DNA from: Chloroflexota bacterium
GTDB lineage: Bacteria > Chloroflexota > Anaerolineae > Aggregatilineales > J027
DNA length: 64,000 nucleotides
Direction of reading: 5' to 3'
Assembly (NCBI GenBank): GCA_013112715.1
Contig: JABFGB010000024.1
Span: 16,896-80,895 of the forward strand
Position 1 is the stretch's first letter. Every line of letters begins with the position of its first letter. A model generated the notes under the pieces. It saw only the letters and a list, made by a program, of their open reading frames with translations. It was not told where the DNA came from and did not search any database. This document shows, piece by piece, positions 30,198 through 41,378 of this stretch. The position numbers were made by a program, and so were the translations under genes.

Positions 30198-31145
30198 TTA
30201 GCCCTTAATTGCACCTGCTGTAATGCCTTTAATGATTTCGCGCTGGGCAATGAAATAGAAAGCCAAAATTGGCAGCGTCGCCATTGTAAGCACACTGAAC
30301 ATGCGGTCAAAGTGGGTTATCCCCAATGCCGATACCATTGATAACGTCCCCAGTGGTAGGGTATAAGCGTCGTTATTCGCCCCGATGAACGTCAAGGCAA
30401 ACAAATATTCGTTCCATGCGCTGACTGCACTCAAAATGACGACGGTAGCGATGGCGGGGCGGGCCAGTGGCAGCATAATTGACCAGAAAATGCGGGCCGA
30501 GGAGCACCCATCCACCCGTGCGGCGTCTTCGAGTTCGGTGGGTATTTTGCTGAAAAAATCACGCAGGATAAAGATCGAGACTGGCAGGTTAAAACTGATA
30601 AATGGGACAATCAAGGCGGTTAGAGTGTTTAGCCAATGTAAATCACGCAGCATGGTATAAAGCGGAATCAACGTGACGTGGACGGGAATCATCGTCCCGG
30701 CAAGGAACATATAAAACAGGAGCGTGCTGCCTTTGAATCGGATTCGAGCAAAAACAAAGGCCGCCATTGCTGCAATGAGGGTTAGCAGCGGAACACTCAC
30801 CAACACGACAATCAAGTTGTTTTGATAGTAATTTAGGAAGGTGTCGTTATGAATGAGTTCGTCGTAATTGTCGAACGATATGTTCGTCGGCAAGGCCCAG
30901 ACATTTTTGACCAGTTCGCGCGTAGGCTTAAAGGATGAGTACACCATCCACACCAGTGGATACCCAAAGATGACCGCAAAAAACAGGGCGATGGGATACA
31001 TCCACAGGCTCATAAGGGTGTTTCTAAACAGCCGTCGGAAAAAGCGTCTCCAGTGCATATGTCTTAATAGCTTAAAAGGGTTACTCAGCGATACTGGCAA
31101 CCTTTTGACCAGACTATTTGCACTTTGTAGTTTGGTGAACGACAT
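30198..31145 (-). CDS. Carbohydrate ABC transporter permease (MalG-like)
   Basis: EAA-loop region LEDAARVDGCSSARIFWSIMLPLARPA. I prefer the start at 31145, after the upstream permease stop. Confidence 0.85.
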   Translation of the reverse strand: MSFTKLQSANSLVKRLPVSLSNPFKLLRHMHWRRFFRRLFRNTLMSLWMYPIALFFAVIFGYPLVWMVYSSFKPTRELVKNVWALPTNISFDNYDELIHNDTFLNYYQNNLIVVLVSVPLLTLIAAMAAFVFARIRFKGSTLLFYMFLAGTMIPVHVTLIPLYTMLRDLHWLNTLTALIVPFISFNLPVSIFILRDFFSKIPTELEDAARVDGCSSARIFWSIMLPLARPAIATVVILSAVSAWNEYLFALTFIGANNDAYTLPLGTLSMVSALGITHFDRMFSVLTMATLPILAFYFIAQREIIKGITAGAIKG

Positions 31146-31158
31146 AAATAGCTCCAGA

Positions 31159-32085
31159 CTAAGTGTCTTTTTTCTGACGGGTAAAAAAGATGAACGTGAT
31201 CGCCAGCACAAACGCAATCAAAAACAGCGTAAAGGCGATAGTGCTGCCATAACCCCAATTGTTGGAACTGAACGCCTCTTTAAACATATAGGTTGCCACC
31301 AGTTCGCTGGCATGTGAGGGGCCGCCTTGACTCAAGACCCACACCAAGTCAAATGATTTGAGTGCCCCTACAATCATGAGCACCGAGGCAACACGGATGG
31401 TCGGAATTAACTGGGGAATCGTGATATAGCGATGACGCTGAAAGGCATTCGCGCCATCAATGCTGGCCGCTTCATAATATTCCTCTGGGATGCCTTGAAT
31501 AGCAGCGATGAAGATCACAATATAGAAGCCGAGATAACGCCATGTTGCCACCACCAAGATGCACAGCAAAACTTGTTTTTCGTCCCCAAGCCATCCTTGT
31601 TTATCAAGCCCCAGTTCGAGGAGGGCCGCATTTGCCATGCCGAAAAATGGTTGATAAATCCAACGCCAAATAACACCAACGATGACCTCGGATAAGACCA
31701 TCGGGACAAAGTACAATGTGCGAAAAAAGGATGACCCTTTAAGCCCGCGTGTGAGCAGTAAGGCTAATCCAACACCGAGTGGAATTTGTGTGCCGAGCGA
31801 CCAAATCACCACAATACCATTGTTTTTGAGCGCCTTCCAAAAAACCTTGTCGTGCAGCAAATCTTCATAGTTATTGACGCCGATAAAATCCGAAAGTGGC
31901 CCGACTCCGTTCCAATCATAGAGGCTGTAGCGAACGGATTTGATAATAGGCCAGAGCACAAAAATGCTGAAAATGAGCAAAGCTGGTGCTAGAAAGGCAA
32001 TAGCCGTCCTTTGTGGCTCACTGAGTCGGAGGTGAAATCGTGGGGCGGGTGTGCGGTTTTTAAAGACTTGGCTGATGGTTGCCAT
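31159..32085 (-). CDS. Carbohydrate ABC transporter permease (MalF-like)
   Basis: EAASIDGANAFQRHRYITIPQLIP EAA motif and six hydrophobic segments. Confidence 0.85.
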   Translation of the reverse strand: MATISQVFKNRTPAPRFHLRLSEPQRTAIAFLAPALLIFSIFVLWPIIKSVRYSLYDWNGVGPLSDFIGVNNYEDLLHDKVFWKALKNNGIVVIWSLGTQIPLGVGLALLLTRGLKGSSFFRTLYFVPMVLSEVIVGVIWRWIYQPFFGMANAALLELGLDKQGWLGDEKQVLLCILVVATWRYLGFYIVIFIAAIQGIPEEYYEAASIDGANAFQRHRYITIPQLIPTIRVASVLMIVGALKSFDLVWVLSQGGPSHASELVATYMFKEAFSSNNWGYGSTIAFTLFLIAFVLAITFIFFTRQKKDT

Positions 32086-32157
32086 GAGTTGCCTATCCTC
32101 TCAAAAAAGGTGGGGCGCATGGGAGATACGCCCCTGTATCCAGAGCACCTACAGTCT

Positions 32158-33444
32158 TTATTCAGCCCCTAAGATTTCAACCGCTGCTGCTTCTGTTTCG
32201 GCAGCAGCATCTTCGGGACTCGTGCTAAGGCCGAACAACTGCTGCGTCGTATCCAAGTGAACTTGGGCAAGCTCAGGTGGCAGGAATTGGTCGTAGGCTA
32301 GTTGGACAAAGGATGCCTGACTTAGCAAGGAGGCCATCTTTTGTACAATTGGGACTTCGATGTTTTGGTCAAAGCCCTTCAACGCCGGAATGAAGCCGTT
32401 TTCGGCTACCGACAGACCGAATTCTTCACTGCCGAGTAGTTCGATCAGCGCAACATTGGCTTCGGCGGGGGCATCCGCAGAGATGGCGAAGGCCTGTCCT
32501 GTGCCACCGACCAACGCATTGGGATCACCCATTTCACTGTCGAGCAGGGGGAAGGGTACAACGTCTACACTGTTTTCGGCGATTTCGGCGTCAATATTGA
32601 GCAGACCAGCATAGTTCCAGTCGCCTTGCAGTTCCATCGCGGCGAGACCCGTGCCAAACAGCAGTTGTTCATCGGGATAGTCCACTCCATTGAAGCCTTC
32701 ACCAAAGCAGCCTGCTTCAACGGCTTCTTGAATCTTCGTGCCCGCTTCTACAAAGGCTGGGTCGGTGAATGATGCCCCATCAACGCGATTAAAGGCATTC
32801 ATAAAGGGTTCTGGGCCACCAGAGCGCAGGACAAGATTCATAAACCAGAACGAACCCGTCCAACGGTTCACATTGCCCAACGCGATTGGGATGATGCCGT
32901 TTTCGCTGAAGGTTTCGCAGGAGGAAATCAGTTCGTCCCATGTGGCAGGGGCGGACAGGTCGAATTGTTCAAACAGGTCTTTGTTGTAGTAGAGGAACAC
33001 CCCCGCCAAGTTCGCAGGAACGGCATAGTGTTTGCCATCAAAAGTTGAAGGCGCAAAGCCGCCGGGGATGAAGTTGGCACCCAATTCGGTATCCAATTCA
33101 GGAATATCCCGCACCACGCCACCCTCAACATAACTTTGCAGCAGCCCACCACCCCACGTCATAAAGATGTCGGGTTGTTCACCAGCGGCAATCGCCACCT
33201 GAATTTGGGTTTTGAACGCATCATTTTGGATGGCTTGGGCTTCGATTTGAACGTCCGTATGGGTGGCATTAAAACGTTCAATCGCAGGGGGCAGCACCGA
33301 ATAGAACGAGTCCGATTCAACCGCGATATGCCACATAGTAATGACAGTGGGGGATTGTCGGGCTTCCACATGCCCCGCCGATAGGGTGAGTATCATGCTT
33401 AGGGCAAGCGTACAAAAGAGAATCATCTTACGAGTTTTTTGCAT
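32158..33444 (-). CDS. ABC transporter extracellular sugar-binding protein
   Basis: Signal peptide (ILFCTLALSMILTLSAGHVEA). Family-1 SBP pattern (ITMWH..., PDIFMTWGGG, VPANLAGVFLYYNKDLF). I prefer the ATG at 33444. Confidence 0.85.
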   Translation of the reverse strand: MQKTRKMILFCTLALSMILTLSAGHVEARQSPTVITMWHIAVESDSFYSVLPPAIERFNATHTDVQIEAQAIQNDAFKTQIQVAIAAGEQPDIFMTWGGGLLQSYVEGGVVRDIPELDTELGANFIPGGFAPSTFDGKHYAVPANLAGVFLYYNKDLFEQFDLSAPATWDELISSCETFSENGIIPIALGNVNRWTGSFWFMNLVLRSGGPEPFMNAFNRVDGASFTDPAFVEAGTKIQEAVEAGCFGEGFNGVDYPDEQLLFGTGLAAMELQGDWNYAGLLNIDAEIAENSVDVVPFPLLDSEMGDPNALVGGTGQAFAISADAPAEANVALIELLGSEEFGLSVAENGFIPALKGFDQNIEVPIVQKMASLLSQASFVQLAYDQFLPPELAQVHLDTTQQLFGLSTSPEDAAAETEAAAVEILGAE

Positions 33445-33667
33445 TTTCCTAGTCTCCTGACTCTTCGCTGGAAAAAATAAACGGTTGCTGGAAGTTGGCT
33501 TCAACGGCAATGTGCGAATGGCTCACCTCCTCGCCTCATCCAAAATGGGATGGGGTATAATTTGTTCACTACCCTCAAGGATAGTGGGTGGGGGCTGCAA
33601 TTTGACTGCCATCGTTCTGCCATTGTTCTGTCAGGGTGGGATTTGAGAATTGAGTTTAGGGAATTCT

Positions 33668-34882
33668 ATGAAATCCGAAGATTCGGCTGTTCCGGAATCG
33701 TTTGAACAGGAAGTACGGGAATGCTTGGCACATCTGTATGATTTTACGGCGATGCAAAGCGACCCTTTGGTACACAAACTGGCCCCCCATCTCAGCGGCT
33801 TGGAACGCATTCAGACCGCACGAAAAATCCTCATTGAGACCATTGAACGTTTAAACGAAGCGGAACGGGCCAATTTACAATCCCGCCAATCCCGTCTGTA
33901 TAATATTTTGCTGCTGCGCTATATCGAAGAACATTCCACGCCGACAGTCTTACAACAACTGGCCCTAAGTGAACGTCAATATTATCGAGAATTGCAGCGG
34001 GCCATCTGGATTTTGAGCCAGTTGCTGTGGGAGCATATTGCGCAAACACAGGGCGGGCTAGAGCCTACCCATTCCGATTCCATTTCGGTTCAGTCGGAGA
34101 TTGAACGCGCCTATCAATTAGCCAGTGCTGTCGAAACGAATTTGGCGGCGTTTATTGCGACGGTGATCCATTCCATTGGCCCATTGGCAGAACAGCATGG
34201 GGTGATCGTTCAGAGCGATGTGGCTGACCCGGCCATTATCGTGAATATTCCACCAATGTCCCTAAAACAAGCAGTTTTATATATCATCAACGAAACCCTC
34301 AAAGTAATGCGGACGGGCGGGGAGATTACGATAGGGGCATCACGGGTTAAGCATGACACCCAGATCAGTCTAATTATTCTCGGCACAGATCAAGACCTTT
34401 CCCAAGTCCAAGCCGCGCTGGAGCAGGATAAAACAGTCGAATATTTGGTTGGGGCGGTTGGGGCGAACCTGCTGTTTGAAAGCGACCAACCGAATGAACT
34501 CACGATCCATTTGAGGCTACCCCATTATCAGAAAAATATTTTGGTGATTGATGATAATCCCGACTTTATCGCCCTTGTAGAGCGGTATCTAGCCAACTCC
34601 AGCTACACCGTGTTGGGTATCCAAGACGGGTTGGAGGGCATCGAGCTTTCCCAAAAATTACAGCCGCTGGCGATTATCTTGGATGTGATGATGCCGGAAT
34701 ACGATGGCTGGGATGTTTTGCAGCATCTCAAAAATCACCCCGATACCCAACATATCCCCATTTTAGTGTGTTCGGTGTTGGATATTCCCGAATTGGCCCT
34801 ATCGCTTGGGGCGGACAATTATCTAAAAAAGCCGCCGGGGCGAGTGGATCTGCTTACGATTTTGGCGCAGTTGGAAGCATAA
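33668..34882 (+). CDS. Response-regulator receiver protein with N-terminal helical and degenerate kinase-like region
   Basis: C-terminal REC domain (ILVIDDNPDFIALVERYL...LAIILDVMMPEYDGWDVLQHLK...LKKP). The upstream region resembles a degraded HATPase. The 3' end overlaps the convergent kinase gene by 29 nt. Confidence 0.65.
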   Translation: MKSEDSAVPESFEQEVRECLAHLYDFTAMQSDPLVHKLAPHLSGLERIQTARKILIETIERLNEAERANLQSRQSRLYNILLLRYIEEHSTPTVLQQLALSERQYYRELQRAIWILSQLLWEHIAQTQGGLEPTHSDSISVQSEIERAYQLASAVETNLAAFIATVIHSIGPLAEQHGVIVQSDVADPAIIVNIPPMSLKQAVLYIINETLKVMRTGGEITIGASRVKHDTQISLIILGTDQDLSQVQAALEQDKTVEYLVGAVGANLLFESDQPNELTIHLRLPHYQKNILVIDDNPDFIALVERYLANSSYTVLGIQDGLEGIELSQKLQPLAIILDVMMPEYDGWDVLQHLKNHPDTQHIPILVCSVLDIPELALSLGADNYLKKPPGRVDLLTILAQLEA

Positions 34883-37046
34883 GATTGCTTGCCAACGCCT
34901 CAATACAACTCACCAATTCAATCGGCTGGAATCCAATTTCGCGCTGAATCGTGATTTTACCCTCCACCGATTGAGTGATGGCTTCGGTTGCTCCACGCGC
35001 GGATACCACAATGACTGGAATATCTTTTAAGAATGGGTCGGCCTTCATATGCTCAATTACCGTGAAACCATCTACATCCGGCATCAAAATATCTAATACC
35101 ACGACATCGGGCGGGTCTTGACGCATGATTTCGAGGCCAGCCAGCCCACCAGAAGCAGTATTGACGGTATAGCTTTGTTTGGCCGTCTGTAAAAAGCGAG
35201 TGAGCATCCGTAATACATCCCAATCGTCATCCACAATCAACACTTTATCAAGGTCGGTACCGATATGTTCAAGGGCATCCAAAAGAGCTTGGCGGGAGAC
35301 GGGTTTGACCAGATAATCCGACAAGCCAATCGCTTGAACGGCGCGGCGCCCACTTGGCATTGGGCATTTGATTAAGGCTGTTTCGGGGCTGACATGTTGA
35401 ATCGCGGCTTCAAGGTCGTCGGTTGGCATATGTGACCCCGCAATGACCGCAACCGGGTGCAGTTCTGCTACCGATTGAATGATTTTGGTGGCATCAGTGT
35501 AGCCTTTGACTTGGTGGTCTTGGGAATACCCCTTAAACAATTGAAGAATGGCCGGATCATCATCCCATACCAAGATATTGTGAATCACCGTGCTGGGTTG
35601 TGGAGTATGACCGAGGTCGTGTAGCGGATAATACACGGTGTCGGTCAGTGGTAGCGTGAAAGAACAGGTCGCACCTTGACCCGGTATGCCCTCACTTTCA
35701 ATCCACATCCGCCCCCCATGTTGAATGATGAACTGTTTGCTCAACGCCAATCCGAGACCTGTCCCGCCATTTTTCCGGGAAAAATTGCCATCCACCTGAT
35801 AAAACTCTTCAAATACCCGATTCAATTCATGGGCCGGAATTCCTTGCCCTGTATCAGAAACGCTGAGGGTCAATACATGCTCATCAACGCTGGCACTTAG
35901 CGTAATTACACCCTCGTTGGTAAACCGAACAGCGTTTGCCAGTAAATTTAGGATGACTTGGCGAATGCGGGTGCGATCCATGCGGATGGTTGGCAAATCG
36001 GGGGGTAGTTCGACACAGAAACGCAGGTTTTTGCTTTTGATGAGGCTGCCTGCGATTAAGGCTGCTTCTTCGATGACCTGTTTCGGTTGGGTTTCTTCTT
36101 TGATGATGGCTAATTTTGCCGCTTCGATTTGCGATATATCCAAAATGTCATTAATGAGATTTTGCAGATGGGTGGCATTGCGATAGATGGCTTGAATATC
36201 GGGACGGTAGACCGACGGAAGCTGTGTACCATAGGCTTCGGGGGCCGTTGCAATCATTTCGCTGAAGCCGACGATAAGATTAATGGGGGTACGAAGTTCA
36301 TGGCTGACATTTGCGGCAAATTGGGCTTTAAGTTTGCGGGCTTCCTCTGCAAAATCGCGGGCATAACGCAATTGGGCATTGGCATTTCGGAGATTTTCTT
36401 GGGATGACAACAATGCGTGGGTCATCTTGGCTAATTCGGCGCGTTGTTCACGGGCTTTTTTCATTTGGTCAATCGCATACAGTTGATAGCGATTGGAAAT
36501 ATCCAATGCCCGGATTAAACCACGCTGACTAAGAAAACTTGCTGCCAGACTGATCCAGATAAATATAAAAGGCCCAAAGGTTTTTTCATCTAGGGTATAA
36601 AATCGGGCAATAAAAATGGTAGACAAGATGGCAACTGTCAACTGCATGGGCACGGCGGTCAAATTGCTTGAAAGAATGATCACCACCGAGAGACCAAATA
36701 GGATGAGTGGGTCATGGATGAGCAGCGACCCTAGCATGGTAAAAATCCACATGATGGTAATCAGTAGGTAGGGTGTCCAGTGGGGGATACTGCCATTGAG
36801 CCACCAAATTACCCCACAAAACATCATGAGCAGAATATTGAGCCACAACAAGTCGCGGGGGGCGTCGGAGAGAAACGTGATGAGGATAATGGTGGTCAGC
36901 CATGTCGCAATATACAACAATAGCAGAATGTTTTTAAACGATGCTTGCCGAATATCATCTATATCATAGAGGCTGTTGAGCAGGGCGTTTTGATTGGCAA
37001 GCGGCCCTGAAATATCAAAGTTTTTGGGGGAAGCGGTCATCCACAA
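34854..37046 (-). CDS. Membrane hybrid sensor histidine kinase with two receiver domains
   Basis: N-terminal multi-TM region. H-box SHELRTPIN. HATPase (GGTGLGLALSKQFIIQHGG). The terminal REC is VLIVDDDWDVL...VVVLDILMPDVDGFTVIEHMK. Confidence 0.85.
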   Translation of the reverse strand: MWMTASPKNFDISGPLANQNALLNSLYDIDDIRQASFKNILLLLYIATWLTTIILITFLSDAPRDLLWLNILLMMFCGVIWWLNGSIPHWTPYLLITIMWIFTMLGSLLIHDPLILFGLSVVIILSSNLTAVPMQLTVAILSTIFIARFYTLDEKTFGPFIFIWISLAASFLSQRGLIRALDISNRYQLYAIDQMKKAREQRAELAKMTHALLSSQENLRNANAQLRYARDFAEEARKLKAQFAANVSHELRTPINLIVGFSEMIATAPEAYGTQLPSVYRPDIQAIYRNATHLQNLINDILDISQIEAAKLAIIKEETQPKQVIEEAALIAGSLIKSKNLRFCVELPPDLPTIRMDRTRIRQVILNLLANAVRFTNEGVITLSASVDEHVLTLSVSDTGQGIPAHELNRVFEEFYQVDGNFSRKNGGTGLGLALSKQFIIQHGGRMWIESEGIPGQGATCSFTLPLTDTVYYPLHDLGHTPQPSTVIHNILVWDDDPAILQLFKGYSQDHQVKGYTDATKIIQSVAELHPVAVIAGSHMPTDDLEAAIQHVSPETALIKCPMPSGRRAVQAIGLSDYLVKPVSRQALLDALEHIGTDLDKVLIVDDDWDVLRMLTRFLQTAKQSYTVNTASGGLAGLEIMRQDPPDVVVLDILMPDVDGFTVIEHMKADPFLKDIPVIVVSARGATEAITQSVEGKITIQREIGFQPIELVSCIEALASNLMLPTAPKS

Positions 37047-38490
37047 ACTCCCTAAATCTTTTGGATGCTACAAAATAGCTGGCACCTAGTACAAGACTAC
37101 CCAATAGCATTAACATTGGCGACCAACTATGCTCACTATCCACATCCCATTGAACAAAGGTGTCTTGGTCGGTGATGCCATATAGACGATGAATCTCGCT
37201 TCCGTCGGGACGGATTTGCCAATAGACGCTCGTTTGGTGCATAGTAGGACGGCTTTGCACAATCAGCCATTCGTCACCATTCCAGTGATGCACCCTGATG
37301 GGTGTATCAAACGGATGCAGTGTTTGAATAAGGCCATCACTCAGACGCACCCGTCGCAAATTCGTTTGGCTTGTTTGAGGATCAGCGCTCGTAAACAATA
37401 ACCACTGATGATCGGGGGTATACCCCCATGTTCGTTCCAATGTGGGGTCCGAGACAAGCTCGATAACAGTACCGCCATCGAGTGCCACACGTACCAAACG
37501 AGTGCCGCCATCCCTCCGCGCAATCACCTCCTGTTGGTTAGGGGTGAAGTCCACAAAGGCACTATCTTCGAGTATCCAGCGCGGGGTAGCCCCATCGGTA
37601 GACGCCAGCGCAAAAAGGCCTGAATCGGTATTGCGAGTGGTAGAGGCGACCAAAACTGCGCCGTCTTGTACCCAACCCGAAACATCGCTACGTTTAGATG
37701 GTTCAGCCACACTGAGGGCCGTTAATTGGGGATCATCGGTTTGTAAGCGATAGAGAACTTGGTCACGCACGACCAACATCCACGTTTGGGTGGGCCATCC
37801 CCGCAATACAAAGTGGCCCTCAAAATTTTCGGTAAGTTCTGTGACACCTGTCCCGTCTAGGCGTACTTGATAAATGCCGATATGGTTAGACCCGCTCTGC
37901 CTTCCACTAAAGGCCACCGATTCGCCATCTGGTGAAAAAAACAATCCCGGCCCGTTTTGTACCCCGATATAGCCATCAAATCCATCGGTGAGGCTGTGAG
38001 ACTCACTGCCGTCAGGCCGAATAGCCCATAGATTGGGACGAAATCCCGCCCGATTCCACAAAAATAGCAACCATTGACGGTTGGCTGACCAGACAATAGT
38101 GCCCAGTTGAATCCGTTGATTCCCTAGCTGCTGCATGTGGGTACCGTCGGGTCGAACACGGTACAACATGCCGGTGGGCCTACCGACGAGGTCTGACCGA
38201 ATTTGAGGGTCTTGTACTTGGAAATAGAGCCACTTGCCTGATTTGTCGGAGGATGCCCCCACATAATATAGCAAGTTGTGGTCGTGGGTAAGTCGTTGTG
38301 AGATGCCGCCGCGTGTATCAACCAAATACAGCCGCCCTTCGCCCTCACGCTGAGATAAGATGAGGGCTGGTTCAGGCGAACTAGAGATGGCCCGGCTGAG
38401 GATAACTCCGCTGCTTGACACAAACAACAACAAAGCAAAAATAGCGCACAGGGTCCGCCCCAAAAAAGCCATCTTTTGACCTCCTAACAC
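37015..38490 (-). CDS. TolB-like beta-propeller (PD40 repeat) protein with N-terminal signal and C-terminal TM segment
   Basis: Repeated xPDGxx units (VRPDGTHM, IRPDGSES, FSPDGESVAFSG, IRPDGSEI). Its 3' end overlaps the kinase start by about 32 nt. Confidence 0.65.
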   Translation of the reverse strand: MLGGQKMAFLGRTLCAIFALLLFVSSSGVILSRAISSSPEPALILSQREGEGRLYLVDTRGGISQRLTHDHNLLYYVGASSDKSGKWLYFQVQDPQIRSDLVGRPTGMLYRVRPDGTHMQQLGNQRIQLGTIVWSANRQWLLFLWNRAGFRPNLWAIRPDGSESHSLTDGFDGYIGVQNGPGLFFSPDGESVAFSGRQSGSNHIGIYQVRLDGTGVTELTENFEGHFVLRGWPTQTWMLVVRDQVLYRLQTDDPQLTALSVAEPSKRSDVSGWVQDGAVLVASTTRNTDSGLFALASTDGATPRWILEDSAFVDFTPNQQEVIARRDGGTRLVRVALDGGTVIELVSDPTLERTWGYTPDHQWLLFTSADPQTSQTNLRRVRLSDGLIQTLHPFDTPIRVHHWNGDEWLIVQSRPTMHQTSVYWQIRPDGSEIHRLYGITDQDTFVQWDVDSEHSWSPMLMLLGSLVLGASYFVASKRFREFVDDRFPQKL

Positions 38491-38644
38491 TCAATACCTA
38501 AAATTTTTCCATAGACTCTCCCTACTCTATATGATGCACCCATTTTACTGTCATGCGCCTGCCAGACTTATGCCATCTAAGTTATTGAGATTGGAACTCA
38601 AGTTGGGGATTTCGTCGGAATGATGTCCCGTGTGGACAGGGGAG

Positions 38645-38691
38645 AAAATCCAGCAGTTCTTTAACATCCGGGGAGAATGCTCAACTGCTGG
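38645..38691 (-). terminator. Candidate terminator downstream of fbaB
   Basis: On the minus strand, CCAGCAGTT (38691..38683) pairs with AACTGCTGG (38658..38650), followed by ATTTTC. The loop is long (24 nt), so this is only moderate. Confidence 0.4.
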
Positions 38692-38746
38692 GTCTATTGC
38701 TAACAAAAATATTGCTCAATACAATGCTGAAACGCTGACACTTGGA

Positions 38747-39859
38747 CTATGCAATCGTCACATCTTCACACAGATAGACATCTTGGATAGCATTCAGTAG
38801 CGCCGCCCCTTCAGCCATCGGACGTTGGAAGGCCTTGCGTCCGCTGATTAAACCCATCCCGCCAGCCCGTTTGTTAATGACGGCTGTCTTGACGGCTTCT
38901 GCAAGATCGTTCTTGCCACTTGCACCGCCGGAATTGATTAACCCCACGCGACCCATGTAACCATTTGCCACCTGATAGCGCGTTAAGTCAATGGGGTGGT
39001 CGGAGGACAACTGGGTATACATACGCTCATCCGTCTTGCCATAGGATGAACTGCCCATGTTTAGGGCTTTGTAACCCCCATTTGTCTCTGGTAACTTTTG
39101 CTTCACAATATCCGCCTGAATGGTCACGCCGAGATGATTGGCCTGTCCTGTGAGGTCAGCCGCAGTCTCATAGCTGGTGCCATTGACTTTGAAACCCGGA
39201 TTACGCAGATAGCACCAAAGCACCGTCGCCATACCCAATTCGTGGGCATAGGCAAATGCTTCCGCCACCTCAACCAATTGCCGTCCACTTTCAGGCGATC
39301 CAAAGTAAATCGTTGCACCGATGGCGACAGCCCCCATATTCCATGCTTCCTTTATTGTCCCAAACATGATCTGGTCATGCTGATTTGGATAGGACAGCAG
39401 TTCATTATGATTGACCTTCACCAGAAACGGAATTTTATGGGCATATTTTCTGGCAACTGCCCCCAACACGCCGAAGGTCGAGGCAACCGCATTGCATCCA
39501 CCTTCAATAGCCAGTTCAACGATCTTTGCCGGGTCGAAGTAATCTGGGTTCTTGGCGAAGGATGCCCCGGCGGAATGCTCAATCCCTTGGTCAACGGGCA
39601 AGATGGAAAGGTATCCTGTTCCCGCAAGCCGCCCATGACTATGCAGTTGCTCTAGGCTACGAAGGACTTGCGGGGTGCGATCCGACATTCCCCAAATTTC
39701 CGAGACGCTATCTGGCCCCGGAAGGTAAAGTCGGTCTTTGCTAATGGTCTGGCAACGATGCTGAAGCAAACTGTCAGCTTCAGCACCAAGCAGTTCGGCG
39801 ATACGATCATAGTTAAATGTAGTATCGGGAACTCGTGTAAGCAGCATCACAGCCTCCAC
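38747..39859 (-). CDS. fbaB: Class I fructose-bisphosphate aldolase (DhnA/FbaB type)
   Basis: Near-colinear with E. coli FbaB as I recall it: [100 protein letters not shown]. The true start may be the M at 39847. Confidence 0.92.
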   Translation of the reverse strand: MEAVMLLTRVPDTTFNYDRIAELLGAEADSLLQHRCQTISKDRLYLPGPDSVSEIWGMSDRTPQVLRSLEQLHSHGRLAGTGYLSILPVDQGIEHSAGASFAKNPDYFDPAKIVELAIEGGCNAVASTFGVLGAVARKYAHKIPFLVKVNHNELLSYPNQHDQIMFGTIKEAWNMGAVAIGATIYFGSPESGRQLVEVAEAFAYAHELGMATVLWCYLRNPGFKVNGTSYETAADLTGQANHLGVTIQADIVKQKLPETNGGYKALNMGSSSYGKTDERMYTQLSSDHPIDLTRYQVANGYMGRVGLINSGGASGKNDLAEAVKTAVINKRAGGMGLISGRKAFQRPMAEGAALLNAIQDVYLCEDVTIA

Positions 39860-40057
39860 TCAATAACTCTTTGTTCGTGTGAGGGATATTATAACCGCTG
39901 CTGATCCATTTTTTGGCGTCGTATTGAGAACCGATGATGAAAGTAACGCGACTATAGTGCCGTTCATCCCGATTCTTCGCCGAAAGATTTACGGCGTTAC
40001 CAACGATGGTAGAATCAATATAAAGATTAGAATTATGTAAGGAAATGAGCGTCCATT

Positions 40058-41200
40058 ATGCGACTAGCCGTTTTGACAGGCGGAGGCGATGTCCCCGGTC
40101 TCAATTCTTCTATCAAGGCGATTGTAAGTCGGGCAATTGATAACGGTTATGAGGTTTTTGGCGTGCGTCGTGGTTGGATGGGCCTTGTTGAATATAATCT
40201 CGACAACCCTGAGAAGAACGACACTTGGGTAACACCGCTCAACCGTGAGGCAGTACGCCGTGTAGACCGTAGCGGCGGAACGTTTTTGCACACCTCGCGT
40301 ACAAACCCCTCGAACATGAAAAATAAAGACCTCCCTGAATTTCTGCGCGATTCCAGTGACAACGTGCGAGACGTGACCCCACATGTACTCAAAGTCATTA
40401 GCAAACTGGGAATTGATTGCTTGATCCCAATTGGCGGTGATGACACCTTGAGTTATGGAGAGCGGCTTTCACGCGAAGGCATTCGGGTGATTGGCATTCC
40501 TAAGACGATGGATAATGACGTCTATGGAACAGACTATTGCATTGGATTCTCGACAGCAGTCACGCGCAGTGTAGAGTTTATTCATGCGCTGCGTACCTCG
40601 GCTGGCTCTCATGAAAGGATTGCAGTGGTCGAGCTATTTGGGCGAAATTCTGGCGAGACCTCACTTATCGCGGCTTATCTCGCAGGGGTAGATCGCGCAT
40701 TAATCTCGGAAGTTCCGTTCGATTTCGAAAAGCTCGCGGCATTTTTGGTTGATGATAAGAACAACAATCCAAGCAACTACGCCATGCTGACTGTTTCTGA
40801 AGGCGCACACCCGATTGAAGGGCAAGTCATGGAAAGCGGTCAGGAAGATGCTTACGGACATCGTAAACTGGGTGGCATAGGGCAATATGTCGGAGATACC
40901 TTGAAGCAGCTAACCGGGCAAAACATTATCTACCAGCAGCTTGGCTATTTGATGCGCAGTGGTGCCCCGGATTCGCTTGACCTGATGGTTGCTGCCAACT
41001 TTGCCCATGTAGCGATGAGCCTTGTTGAGCGTGGTGAGTCTGGAAGATTGGTCTGTCTCCAACGTGGTGTTTACAGCGATGTCCCAATTGCAACCCTTTC
41101 TCAAGGCAAGAAGCGTGCCAACGTTGCAGAATTGTACGATACAGATATTTATCGCCCACGTATCCGCCACGTGCTTGGTATGCCTATGTTCTTGACCTAG
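40058..41200 (+). CDS. pfp: Phosphofructokinase, PfkA family, with PPi-dependent signature residues
   Basis: [20 protein letters not shown] has Asp at the position equivalent to E. coli PfkA G104. IPKTMDND has Lys at the G124 equivalent. Asp/Lys is the established PPi-type signature. Confidence 0.75.
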   Translation: MRLAVLTGGGDVPGLNSSIKAIVSRAIDNGYEVFGVRRGWMGLVEYNLDNPEKNDTWVTPLNREAVRRVDRSGGTFLHTSRTNPSNMKNKDLPEFLRDSSDNVRDVTPHVLKVISKLGIDCLIPIGGDDTLSYGERLSREGIRVIGIPKTMDNDVYGTDYCIGFSTAVTRSVEFIHALRTSAGSHERIAVVELFGRNSGETSLIAAYLAGVDRALISEVPFDFEKLAAFLVDDKNNNPSNYAMLTVSEGAHPIEGQVMESGQEDAYGHRKLGGIGQYVGDTLKQLTGQNIIYQQLGYLMRSGAPDSLDLMVAANFAHVAMSLVERGESGRLVCLQRGVYSDVPIATLSQGKKRANVAELYDTDIYRPRIRHVLGMPMFLT

Positions 41201-41378
41201 TAAATTGGATTGGGTCTGACCAGCAATCGGTGTCAAAACGGCATTCCCTGTAAGGTAGATGAACCACGTAGCGACGTTTGCACCCAATTTACCCAATAAG
41301 ATCATTAGTAAACCTAAATCACTAGATATGAAACTGGTTCATCTGCTTTGTTTCACCCGATGGCGTTGATACTCGCAG